64,000 nt of DNA from the human T2T-CHM13v2.0 reference genome, Homo sapiens: the NCBI RefSeq assembly GCF_009914755.1, contig NC_060937.1; one strand, written 5' to 3'. This document shows positions 29,420-42,159 of this stretch, piece by piece (positions within the stretch are counted from its first letter, which is position 1; each line of letters starts with the position of its first letter). Under the pieces are notes generated by a model, which saw nothing but the letters and a program-made list of their open reading frames with translations, ran no database searches and was not told where the DNA came from. Both the position numbers and the translations under genes were made by a program.

Positions 29420-30633
29420 TAGTCTTGCACTGCCTAATGACATTTTGGTCAACAGCCGACTTTGTATATGATGATCCCATAAGATTATAATAGAGATGAA
29501 CATTTTTTATCAGCTAGTGATATTGTGGACATTGTAACTTTGTACCACAACACATTACTCACATGTTTGTGGTGTTGCAGGTGTAAACAGACCTACTGCA
29601 CTGACAGTCATATGAAAGTATAGCACGTATAATTATGTACAGTACATAACACTTCTTAATGATATTAAATGACTGTTACTGGCTTATGTATTTATAACAC
29701 TATACTTTTAACTTTTATTTTAGAGTGTATTCCTTCTACTTATATTTTTAAAAAAGTAAACTGAAGCTCAGGCAGATCCTTCAGGAGGTATTCCAGAAAA
29801 AGGTATTGTTATAGGAGATGACAGCTCCATGTTTGATATTGCCCCTGAAGACCTCCTGGTGGGACAAGATGTGGAGGTGGAAGACAGTGATATTGATGAT
29901 CCTGACCCTGTGTAGGATTAGGTTAATGTGTGTATTTATGCCTTAGTTTTTCACAAAAATTTTAAAACTAAAAAGTAAATTAAAATTGGAAAGAAGCTTA
30001 AAGAGTAAAAATAGAAATACAGTTTTTGTTCAGCGGTAAAATGTATTTGTTTTTAAGCTAAAGTTCACTACACAAGAGTCAAAAATTTGGAAACAGTTGA
30101 TAATGCAAAAAAAAGCTATTGTAAGGTCAAGTTAACTTATTATTGAAGAAAAAATTATATATATATATATATAGGTATACATTTAGTTTATACTAGGTGT
30201 ACGCTATTTGTCAAGTTTGTAATAATGTACAGTAATGTCCTAGGCCTTCTCATTCACTCACTATTTATTCACATACTCAGCCAGAAAAACTTCCAGTCCT
30301 AAAAGTGCCATTCATGGTAAGTGCCTTATACAGGTATACCATTTTTAAATATTTCTATTATATTTTTACTGTATGTTTCTATGTTCGGATATATGTAGAT
30401 ACACACATACTTACCACTGTGTTACAATTGCCTACAGTATTCAGTATAGTCACATGCTGTAAAGGTTTGTAGCCTAGGAGCAGTAGACTATACCATATAG
30501 CCTAGGTGTGTAGTAGGCTGTGACATCTAAATTCATGTAAGTACATTCCACGATGTTCACACAATGTGGAAATTGCCTAATGATGCATTTCTCAGAATGT
30601 GTCCTATCCCCTTTGTTAAGTGATGCGTGACTT
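29420..30633 (+). mobile_element. Tigger3 (Tigger3b-like) DNA transposon, non-autonomous
   Basis: Decayed TIRs (TAGTCTTGCACTGCCTAATGAC… / …GTTAAGTGATGCGTGACT), TA flanks, about 1.2 kb. Confidence 0.85.
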
Positions 30634-30664
30634 TATCTATCTACCTATTTACCTCTGTATCTAT

Positions 30665-30976
30665 ACAAAGTAAGCAAGACTATTTTAAAACGTGTAAGCA
30701 GATTCCCAAAACATGAGCTCAAAATTTATTACTGGTCACTGATTTTGAAGAACATTATCTCACATTAAAAAAGATTAACTTCTTATAAAAACAGAACAGT
30801 AATTGTACTTGCAGGAAAACATTATTTAAAAGACTGCGAGAAGTCACTGAATGGATTATTGATTTTCCTGTGAGAGATAAACAGTGCTTCTGGTTAGAGT
30901 GCTTTTTCTTATGCTAACACCTGACTGATGGGTGGATTCTAGATATATCCTCTGTAAAACAATATGATGTATCTAC
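30665..30976 (+). repeat. Inverted repeat arm L (about 310 bp; partner 31963-32271)
   Basis: Reverse complement of 31963-32271; the inner 84 bp differ at a single position. Confidence 0.95.
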
Positions 30977-31962
30977 TTTAGCTAAAGCCATGCCAGATGG
31001 GATATCAGATTCTGGGAAAAATTACTTGTAAAATTGTGTTGGCATGTGGGCAAATGCAAGCAAACTGACTAGAGAAAAGAGTAGTCATGCAATGGCATTA
31101 AAGTTTGTAAGTTAAAATATTAATCAGCTATTCTAAGTAAAATGATATTATATAAAACATTGATTGGAATAAATGTTTTCCATGGTTCCATTCCTGTTTG
31201 GAAGAAGAGTAATGATAATGATTATTATTATTATTTTTTATTGATTGATAATGAATTTATTTATTTTTTTCTTTTATTATTTTTAGATATAGACAAGTTA
31301 AGCATAAGTCTTACAAATTTTAGGAGTATTACCACAATTTTAGAAAATTAGGGTGTTACTAAAAAGGGAAGAATGTTTTGAAAATGCAAATTTATAAGAA
31401 ATTGGCAAGAAATCTTAGAAAATTAATAAGATTCTGTATATATCAGAAGCACAAAAATGAGTACAATAAATTAAAAATATCAGTAATACATTAAATATGA
31501 ATGAAAAGTTTGCAAAAAATCCTCCTTACATAATAAAATTAGTGAATAATATAAAAGAAAATCTTTGAAAACATATAGGTTTTGATTTTCACACATCCAA
31601 CTGTTTTCTATAGTTTAATTCACTAAGCATTCTTCATATCTCCTATTTACACAGCTGATGCTGACACAAGGCAGTTAATTTTGAAAAAAACTTAGTTAAT
31701 TTTACTATCATTCTCTTAGGAAAAAAGTGCAATAGGTTTATAACAAATTCAAACATATTATAACTGTTGTAAATAACTTTATTCTTTTTCTTTAAACTGA
31801 TTCATAAACTTTAGATGTTAAATATATATGAAATAAAAGTAGTATCGTGTTAAATATGTGTAGATTGAATTTATAAATGAAAGTTTTCTCCTCATTAAAA
31901 GATGCAAAGGGAACAATTTTTTTCTTTGTGCTCATGAAAGATATGAGAGTTGACATTGAATT

Positions 31963-32271
31963 GTAGATACATCATATTATTTTACAGAGGATATATCTAG
32001 AATCCACCCATCAGTCAGGTGTTAGCATAAGAAAAAGCACTCTAACAAGAAGCGTTGTTTTTCTCTCACAGGAAAATCAAGAATCTATTCAGTGACTTCT
32101 TACAGGCTTTTAAAGAAAATTTTCTGGCAAGTACAATTACCATTCTGTTTTTATAATAATTTAATCTTTTTATGTAAGATAATGTTATTCAAAATCAATG
32201 ACCAGTAATAAATGGGGAGCTCTTGTTTTTGGAATCACTTACATGTTTTAAAATAATCTTGCTTACTTTGT
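31963..32271 (-). repeat. Inverted repeat arm R (partner 30665-30976)
   Basis: Reverse complement of 30665-30976. Confidence 0.95.
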
Positions 32272-33344
32272 CCAGGATTTCTTGGAAGACGTTACTGTCA
32301 TTTGTTCTGCTGATGTATCACTTTGACAAAACTTTCAAAACCACAGGATGCCTCAAATGACTTTGTGGAAAATGCTAAATAAAAACATTGATATTTAGCG
32401 ATTGTTTTCCTAAGACAAACACATTAATTATATCTTTCATGGGAATATATTAGTTTAAATACCAAGCACAAAACTGTTGATTCGGCATAGTTTATTTTGA
32501 TTATAAGGCACGTATAAAGTAGAGTATAAAGGCAATGTAAGCTGGGTAGTTTACATTCCCACCTGCATATTCTTTGAGAATTGACAAACACAATACACAG
32601 GCAAAAATTAATTAGTGTTGGAAAGAAGGAAGGATGGCATCCTAACAAGAAACAGCCCACTAAGAATGCTAGATATATATACTGAACTTGATATGTTAGA
32701 AAGAACAAATGGGGCATCTTAGCATTCTGACTCTCATTAAATAGCACAGTGGAAATGTGGAAGCGATCCGATCAAAGTATCATTAATATTGCCAAACTTG
32801 GCACGAGGGTAGATGGGGTACAGGTAAATAGAAAAAGGAGAGATTCTTCATAATGAGATGGGCCTTTTCCTCTTAGAAGAGTAGTCACAAGTTGAAAGTC
32901 AATGTTGTGGGAATTCCTTATGAATAAGTTATCAAAACAACAGCAACAACTAGCAAGATTTATATTAGAACTTGCTGATAGAACTATATTAGAAATGTTA
33001 AATGAGGAATGATACTGAATTAGCAAGGAAAATATATCTTTTTCGATTAAATTACTAAAAGAAACTAAAACCAAGTTTTCTAAATTATTCCCAGAGGGAG
33101 AAACTGGGGAAAACAATAATGAAGGAAGAAACATTTAATGGCAGGAAAGATAATGTGAAGATGGGCTTTGAGTTAAATAAATGCAACAGTTTATTGTCAT
33201 TATTGAAAATTAATGAAGAAGAGCTAAAGATAAAGGGATTCTCCAACACTTACCATAGTATTTAACTGTGAAACAATAGACATAGTGTTATCAAAGTCAG
33301 CAATGAGATATACCTGCCCTGATCTCCAATTTTTATGTATATAA

Positions 33345-33358
33345 AACATACACACACC

Positions 33359-33397
<39 letters not shown>

Positions 33398-33410
33398 AGA
33401 CAGAGAGAGA
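33345..33410. repeat. (CA)n(GA)n microsatellite
   Basis: Read directly from the sequence. Confidence 0.9.
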
Positions 33411-33451
33411 AAATTCCAGGTAATGAAACAGCATAAGAATAGGCATAGATG

Positions 33452-34532
33452 GTTGAACTAGTTTACAGTCCCACCAACAGTGTTAAAGTGTTCCTATTTC
33501 TCCACATCCTCTCCAGCACCTGTTGTTTCCTGACTTTTTAACGATTGCCATTCTAACTGGTGTGAGATGGTATCTCATTGTGGTTTAGATTTGCATTTCT
33601 CTGATGGCCAGTGATGATGAGCATTTTTTCATGTGTTTTTCGGCTGCATAAATGTCTTCTTTTGAAGTCAGTGTGGCGATTCCTCAGGGATCTATACCCA
33701 GCCATCCCATTACTGGGTATATACCCAAAGGACTATAAATCATGCTGCTATAAAGACACATGCACACGTATGTTTATTGCGGCATTATTCACAATAGCAA
33801 AGACTTGGAATCAACCCAAATGTCCAGCAATGATAGACTGGATTAAGAAAATGTGGCACATATACACCATGGAATACTATGCAGCCATAAAAAATGATGA
33901 GTTCATGTCCTTTGTAGGGACATGGATGAAATTGGAAATCATCATTCTCAGTAAACTATCGCAAGAACAAAAAACCAAACACCGCATATTCTCACTCATA
34001 GGTGGGAATTGAACAATGAGATCACATGGACACAGGAAGGGGAATATCACACTCTGGGGACTGTTGCGGGGTGGGGGGAGCGGGGAGGGATAGCATTGGG
34101 AGATATACCTAATGCTAGATGACGAGTTAGTGGGTGCAGTGCACCAGCATGGCACATGTATACATATGTAACTAACCTGCACAATGTGCACATGTACCCT
34201 AAAACTTAAAGTATAATAATAAAAAAAAAAAGATTCCATTGTGGCCTATATCCCATATCTTTTAGCGATGGGGCCCACGGTTTTATCCGTAATCATTCTG
34301 TGTCCAGACATTGGATTAGGAGGATTTCTGACTGAATGACACTGACTAAAGGGCACAGAATCCTGCTCCTAGAATGTTGCTATGTCCACCTCACTGAATG
34401 TTACATAGAGGGTGGGTGAAAGTATCTAAAAGGTCAAAGACCTAGGCCCTCACTGAGCTTCCTGAATAGATTTTGTTCCTGATTTGCTAATGAGGGATTA
34501 TCTAATAAATATCTAAATGTGTGATAAAAAAA
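33452..34532 (+). mobile_element. 5'-inverted L1PA2-like insertion with about 295-bp 3' transduction
   Basis: Minus part 33452-33667, plus part to poly(A) at about 34231, foreign sequence 34232-34525, second A-tail. TSD AAGAATAG(G/A)CATAGATG at 33435-33451 and 34533-34549. GACGAGTTAG diagnostic, not the L1HS ACA/ACG. Confidence 0.93.
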
Positions 34533-35277
34533 AAGAATAGACATAGATGAAAAAGTTTAAAAATAAATTAATATTACTACTATTGTTACCAAATTATTTT
34601 TTCCTTGAAAACACAAGAGAAAAACCAAAAATCTCATAGAAGTCAAGGTGTATGACAATGAATGGATATATGAATAGAGACTTGTGAACACATGCAAATA
34701 TATAACTAATATTTACATGGTTGAAATACATTAGCTGCTTTCAGTGATTTAAATATTAATAAAATGTAGAACACCTAATCATGAACTTATTTTTTAAATG
34801 CACAGGATCTGTAGGAATAAGCGATATATAAATTAGTGTGATATAATTCTTGTTGGAATATTAAAACTGTTTGTAATTAATTTTTCCCAAAATTAGTTCA
34901 TAAATAAATTATAATCATAACAAAAAATGTGTAACTGTTATTAATAACAGCCAATTATGATGTTTGGGTAACTTTATAAAAGTAACAAATTATTAATTTT
35001 GAATTTTAACTTACCTCATTCCTCCCTCTAATTAATATATATTAATAAGTACAATGTAAAATATAAAATCAAATGGCTAGAAAAATATTCTTAATAATCT
35101 GTCAAGTTGGGAGGCTTTTTGAGAAAATAAATATGGAAATTATTTGTTAAGTTTTTCTCCTTCACTTATTAATGAGTTTGAACTTTTCAACTTATGATTA
35201 ATACTTTTTGCTTTCATGAATTATCTTTTCATGACCTTTGCATACTTTTTTGAATTTTGTCTTTTAAAATTGATTTC

Positions 35278-35779
35278 TTTTTCTTTTTTTAAATTTTACT
35301 TTAAGTTCTGGGATACATGACCTGAGCGTGCAGGTTTGTTACATAGGTATGCATGTGCCATAGTGGTTTGCTGCACCTATCAACCTGTCATCCAGGTTTT
35401 AAGCCCTGCATACATTAGGTATTTGACCTAATGCTCTCCTTCCCCTTACCCCCCACCCCCGGATAGGTCCCAGTGTGTGATGTTCCCCTCCTTGTGTCCA
35501 TGTGTTGTCATTGTTCAACTCCCACTTGTGAGTGAGAACATGTGGTGTTTGGTTTTCTGTTCCTGTGTTAGCTTAGTTGCTGATACTATAAAGACATATG
35601 CACAGGTATGTTGATTGCAGCACTATTTACAATAGCAAAGACTTGGAACCAACCCAAAAGCCCATCAATGATAGACTGAATAAAGAAAACGTGGCACATA
35701 TACACCATGGAATACTATGCAACCATAAAAAAGAATGAGTTCATGTCCTTTCAGGAACATGGATGAAGCGGGAAGCCAT
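35278..35779 (-). mobile_element. Short 5'-inverted L1PA7/8-like insertion
   Basis: Antisense 3'UTR 35278-about 35583, then sense piece about 35585-35779 ending GGAAGCCAT, adjacent in L1 coordinates. Confidence 0.85.
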
Positions 35780-38700
35780 AAGATATTTTTAACAGCAAAA
35801 ATATTAACTTTATTTTTTCATATATTTATTTGAACTTTTATACATGTTATAATCCTTTTTAAAAATAGAGCTTTTATATTTAAAGAGTCTCTTCTCATCT
35901 TTATAGATTTGATTTAAAATTCAAAAAAACTACCAATTTTTTTTTTATTGTTGAGTTGTGCAAATGCCAAAGAGGAGACCAACTGTAGGAGGATTGATCA
36001 GGGCCTTGATAGCTAACTGAAGCAGTAGCATGTGTGTGGTCCCTCCTCATTTTGTCACACTTTGAGCAGGCCACAGCAATCTAGCAGAGCTAAGAGTCAG
36101 ACTTCTGAGCTAAGAGTCAGACTTCTGGCTATATACTTTTGGAACTACATGATTAGGAAACAGGAGCCTCTCTGGTGTTATGTTCAGAGAGGCTGAACAG
36201 ACTGGGAAACAACAGCAAAAGAAAGAGGCAAAGTTTCACAGTACCCCAAATCTTCCAGCTCACTGTGACTATAGATAAGGGTAGAGGGCAATTAGTATGA
36301 TTGGGGGCTTATCCTGAGTATTGTCATTACAGCTGGACGATGCGGCAAGAAAAAGCAATATTTGCCACATCAGCATTCATGATTGATGAAGCATCAACCC
36401 CTTCCTTGTTTTGGGTTGTCAGATTCCAAACTTAGCAGTGATCTGTGTTTCACGGATGCATGCACTTGGCCACAGCTAGTTTTCTTAAAACTTTGTGGGA
36501 TCTCAACTTCTTATGGGGGATGTTAGTTTGCATGCCATCAGTCTAACTCTAGTGAAACTTGACATCTCAGTCCACTTCCAAGATCCCAAATAAAAGCCTC
36601 TGTGCATTACAATTCATCAGCAATTCTTACCATTTCAAATCATAATGACTCTGAGACTAGTCACTGGCAAAATGGTAGAGGAAAGTTAATGTATTTGCTT
36701 GATAAATTTTAAATTTGCTTAGTCTAAACGAGATTTTATAAAATTACCTTCCCTGTATGTTTCAGTAGGTGAGCCACAATAAAGATTCTCATATGAGATT
36801 GAGATGGCAAAAATGAAGCAGCACCTATATTTGTTGGATGCTCATAAGGTTGCGGCAAATTCCTCAGAAGCTGGTCCATGTGAACACCAAATGTCTGTCA
36901 ATCATAAATTAAGGGCTGTATCTGGGGATATTAATTTCTCTGTAACACTGGCCTATACTCTACTTGGTCTGGAAGGGTTCCCGCAACAAAAGGAAGCACT
37001 AAATATGCTCTGGAATAATGTGCCATTGAAATATTATGAAAAACACCATACCCAACTTAAAAATCAAGATACTATTAATGTAAACTCAGTGAAAAATAAT
37101 ACATTATAAAAAGATTTTTTAAAAACCATACAGAGTTTAATAGAACTTGGTGATGGCTTCTTATCTGTCTGTTCCATCTGTTTTTAAAAAATACAAAAGA
37201 AATAACAATACCACTGCCAACAGGTAAGATAGAGTATGTCTATAACAACTCAACCTTAACTTTTTAAATATTTATTTTAAAATATTTTTATTAATGTTAT
37301 GAATATTAATTTTATCATTGCACTAGTATTTTAATATTTGTATATATAATATATAAAATAATAACATAGCCTCATAAAATATACATAAACATTTGGCTTA
37401 TTAATAATTAGTATCATTTATTAATATTAAATACAAAATTTAAAAGTAGTCATATTTTTATCCGTGTGTGGCCAAAACTCAAACTCAGGCCAAATTTCAT
37501 GATGATGTAAATGGGGCATAAATATTTTTATCACTAAATATGAATATATCTCAACTCAACAGTAAGACAGCTGCCACAAAAATGTTTTAACACTAAGATG
37601 TGGTGAGAATTCTGCCTAATTTGAGTGAGATTCTCCCAGATCATATTATATTATAAATATGGAGCTAATAAAGGGCTAAATGTTTTACTGCACGGTGAAT
37701 ATATACCTGACAATCTTCAAATATCTAAATATAAACAGTCGTTTCAAAAAGCGGAAATTAGTTTTTGTGCAAACATAGTCTCCAAAAAATTTAAAACTTC
37801 TCTATTTGCTCAATTATCTTTATCTATTTTAAAAACACTTTCTGGATTTGCAATGATAGTTTAGAAAGTCACAAACTACAGTAAATTTAATTTATAAATA
37901 AAGGTAAAGTAAATAAGAGGCAGATGTTTTCCTAGCTGATCTTTTAGAGTTTTACTTCAACATTTACTAAAATGCTTAGCTAATAAAATGCAATAATGAA
38001 AGAATCTCATTAATACAAATTGTGATATATTTTACTCCTTTTCTTCCTTTTCTCTTTCCTCATAAACATTCTCATTTTGAGTCTTTGAGTCCTCACTGCT
38101 ATCACTTTCTACGTACTCCTTCTCAAACTCCAAGTATGTTTAATAAATTAAAACTTCATCTGTTAAATATGAAATGTCATATATAAATGAAAAAGAAAAT
38201 AATGGTCCTTTTTTCTAAGGAGTCTTAGAGACTACATTTAAGATACTGCATAAACTTGTAAACTTGTTGACAGGTTAAATTCCTTTTTAGGAACAATACA
38301 CTGTAACTTTTTATAAACAGATACATGATTTTAGCATGTATTATTTAATAGAAAATGATTTAAGCTAATCGTAATATAATTTGATATATAGTTCATAGAG
38401 TTTTACTACATGTGAAGTCTATTTTCATTTTTAACATTTACAGGGTTAATTTTGAGTTTGAATCAATAAACAGTTAATCTCTATGACCTTAGATTAAGAG
38501 GAAAAATATCAGTGAAAGTTTTTATTTGTTTTTTCATGGTTCATATAGGCAACATTGACGAATGACAGTTACATTTATTTACAATGAACCAAGGGAAACA
38601 TGTCAATAAAATAAAACAGACCCATCTGAACATTTACCTTGACTCAGACAAAGATAATATGTAATAAAAATTTATCGCTTTCAGTGAAAGAGTTATAATT

Positions 38701-39128
38701 ACATATAAGACAATGGAAGCTAAACATTGTAGGCATGAAAATAGCTAAATTGCAAGGAAAATGCAATGAAATTAATGTTTTTGTAATGAAGAAGGTATTG
38801 GGTTTTCTATTAAAAGGCTATCATTACAAATTGAACTACCTACAGGAGAATTGGTTTGAAACGTTAACATGTACAGTACTTAAATACTAACAGCACATAG
38901 ATCCTAAAAGTGTTTACAATTGAAATGCAGTTGCTTTGTGGTTCTATATCTCCTTCAACATATATATATATAACTTCATGAGTTTTATGAGATAGGGCTT
39001 TGCATACTATGGTACCAAATGAGAATAGAGTAGATATAGCTGGTAATAGTTTCAAAAAGAGAAAATAATTTCTCTGAAAGAAATACTGTTTTCTAGTTTA
39101 GAAGAAACAGTTTAACATTAATACCAAA

Positions 39129-39132
<4 letters not shown>

Positions 39133-39210
<78 letters not shown>
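39133..39210. repeat. Compound microsatellite (TG)n(TA)n(GA)n
   Basis: Read directly from the sequence. Confidence 0.95.
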
Positions 39211-39214
<4 letters not shown>

Positions 39215-39665
39215 TTTTAAGCAAATTTATTAATCATTTTTCTAGATCCTGAAATCTTGAATTTTGGTACTGGCACTACCTGAGTGCATGTAAGACCTGA
39301 AGAATCTCAAGCTCCACCCTAGACTGGCTGAATCAGCGTCTGCAATGATACATGTGTACATTGAGGTTTTAGAGGCCCTTTTAAAAGAGAATTCCAACAT
39401 ATATTATTTTAATCTTATGGATTAACTTTTGAGAAAATGTTTTTACATAAGGAGAGAGGGGCATTGTTTTAGCAATTCCATTCTATTTTTGAATTATTTT
39501 CAAATTGTATGCTAGAATGGCAAGTTGAGTCTTTATTCATTCATTTTTAAAGTAAATATATAAAATATTTGCCATGCAAAACAAACAATTTTTAGTCAGT
39601 GACATCTTAACTCCAACACGAGGACATAACACCATAGTGAGATTGGAGAGGTTGAGATATACACA

Positions 39666-39720
39666 TTTCTTTTTTCAACTTTTATTCTAAGTTCAGGGGT
39701 ACATAGGCAGGTTTGTTGGT
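39666..39720 (-). mobile_element. Tiny L1P 3' end fragment
   Basis: TTTTTCAACTTTTATTCTAAGTTCAGGGGTACAT…GCAGGTTTGTT. Confidence 0.65.
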
Positions 39721-40336
39721 TTAAAAAAATTGAATGATGAAATGAAAGAGAGGAGCAGACTATGGAATGTTTCAGGCAGATGATTCTATAGAAGAGAACA
39801 ACAGAAACTTGGTAACTAAATAAATTACATTAAAACTTTCTGTGTTTGAGTTAACATAATATTCCCTCTTATTTATCCCTTCTCCTCCTCCCAGAGGTTG
39901 TGCTACTTCCAGTGGACGACAACTATAAAAATGTCTTCCTCTTTAAGGAAGTAGAATGTTTAATATATGGAGATAATGGCGCCACAATAATTATAACAGG
40001 CCTTCCCTCAGTCTTCTTAGCTTGCATGGGGAGTAAACTAAACTGATTTATTAGACAGCAGGATATTCAGTGAGCTGTTTTTCTCCTGGATGTAGTATGT
40101 AACCATTGAAAAAATTCACATAGACCACAGAGCCATAGTTGTTTGTTTGCATTGAAAAATTAATGGACAGATTTGGATTTTTTTTTAAATTTCAGATTGA
40201 CTTTTTCCTCTCTCCCTACTACTCCTGTAAATTATTTATTAAATTCTCAACAATCTGCTAATTGTCATATATAAGAGAAATACTCAGCACACAGCACACT
40301 TTTTTTTCAATTTTTTCATTTTTTTTTTTTTTTTTT

Positions 40337-41460
40337 GCAAAACCCAAAACTATACATACCCTAAAAGAAAATCTAGACAATACCATTCGGGACATAGGTA
40401 CAGGCAAAGAGTTCATGATGAAATGGCCTAAAGCAATTACAACAAAAGCAAACATTGACAAATGGGATATAATTAAACTAAAGAGCTTCTTCACAGCAAA
40501 AGAAACTATCATCAGAGCAAACAGGCAACGTTCAAAGTGGGAGAAAAGTTTGCAATCTGTCCATGTGACAAAGGTCTAATATCCAGAATCTACAAGGAAC
40601 TGAAACAAATTTACAAGAAAAAAAAAAAACCACTAAAAAGTAGGCAAAGGACATAGACACTTCTTAATAAAAGACATTCGTGTGACTAACAAACATATGA
40701 GAAAAAGCTCAACATCACTGATCATTAGAGAAATGCAAATCAAAACCACAGTGAGATACCATCTCACACCAGTCAGAATGACAATTATTAAAAAGTCAAG
40801 AAACAACATGCTGGCAAGGTTGCAGAGAAATAGGAACACTTTTACACTGTTGGTGGGAATGTAAATTAGTTCGACCATCGTGGAAGACAATGTGGGGATT
40901 CCTCAAAGATCTAGAACCAGAAATACCATCTGACCCAAGAATACTATTACTGGGTATATTCCCAAAGAAAATAAATCGTTCGATTATAACATGCACATGT
41001 ATGTTCATTGCAGCACCATTCACAATAGCAAAGCCATGGAATCAACCCAAATGCCCATCAGTGATAGACTAGATAAAGAAAATGTACTTACAGACCATGG
41101 AATACTATGCAGCTATAAAAAATGAGATCATGTCCCTTGCAGGAACCTGGAAGGAGCTGGAAGCCATTATCCTCAGCAAACTAATGCAGGAACAGGAAAC
41201 CAAACACAGCATGTTCTCACTTATAAGTGGGAGCTAAACAATGAGAACACATAGTCACAGGGAAAGGAACAAGACACATTGGGTCGTAATAGGGGTGGCG
41301 GTGGGGAGGGAGAACATTAGGAAAAAAGCTAATGCCTGCTGCGTTAAACACCTAGGTGATGGCCTGATAGGTGCAGCAAACCACCATGGCACATCTTTAC
41401 CTACGTAACAAAACTGCACATCCTACATGTAAACCACGGAACTTAAAAATAATAATAATA
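40337..41460 (+). mobile_element. 5'-truncated L1PA10-13-like element
   Basis: ORF2 C-terminal peptides ([20 protein letters not shown]…; [22 protein letters not shown]), 3'UTR and A-tail. Confidence 0.9.
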
Positions 41461-41739
41461 GTACTTTCACATTTTGTCTTTCTGAAAAATTTACACATTA
41501 TTGTGTTTAAAAGAAAGAAATACACTTTATCTTCAAATTATTGATCTGAATTCCATCCTAATTTTTAGACAGGCTGTGTCTTTTTAACTCCTTAATTTAT
41601 AACTATAGATACATGTCTCATAAGTACTTTAAATTAAGATGTGAAAAATGAGAGTAAACGTCTGATTAATCTAAACCTTCTTCCTCCTCGATGGTCTATC
41701 TGGTCAATCCATATTATTTCCTTTATTTACTAGGTTAAT

Positions 41740-42120
41740 TGCTGATAAATTAAGGAATTACCAAATATTTATTAAGCATTTCTGAGTAGCAGGCCCTTTT
41801 AGAATCTGAATGTGTGTATGTGTGTATAGTCTAATAAAACAAATGCTGACATTACCTTCATGAAAAATATATTGTACTGAAGTAGAAAGCTATTAAAATA
41901 TTCATACAAGTACACGTAAAATTTCAACCCTGTTTATTACCATGAAGTAAAGGTACTTGAATTTATGAGCATATGTAATAAGGAGACTTGACCCAGCCTG
42001 AAGCAGATCAAGAAAAGCTTTTCTGATAAATTAATTTCATGAGGTCAAGTGGACCATGGTTGTGGGAAGAGTAGTGCAGGCATAGGAAACACACCAATAT
42101 GCTGTGGTGGATACAAGATG
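41740..42120 (-). mobile_element. L2 3' fragment
   Basis: …CAAATATTTATTAAGCATTTCTGAGTAGCAGGCCC…. Confidence 0.55.
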
Positions 42121-42159
42121 ATAATATTGAATTCTGACTACCAGAAAAACATTTTAAAT

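Noticed and set aside
30665-32271. Novel DNA transposon with long TIRs
   Set aside because: No TSD and no transposase remnant. Identity is highest at the inner rather than the outer ends.
33611-34012. 133-aa ORF resembling L1 ORF2p C-terminus
   Set aside because: It is a chimera across the inversion junction of a truncated L1, with no promoter or evidence of function.
36804-37109. 101-aa ATG-initiated ORF
   Set aside because: No recognisable domain, and it begins in probable degraded LTR sequence.
37495-37600. C/D-box snoRNA (ATGATGA)
   Set aside because: No D box (CTGA) or terminal stem at a suitable distance.
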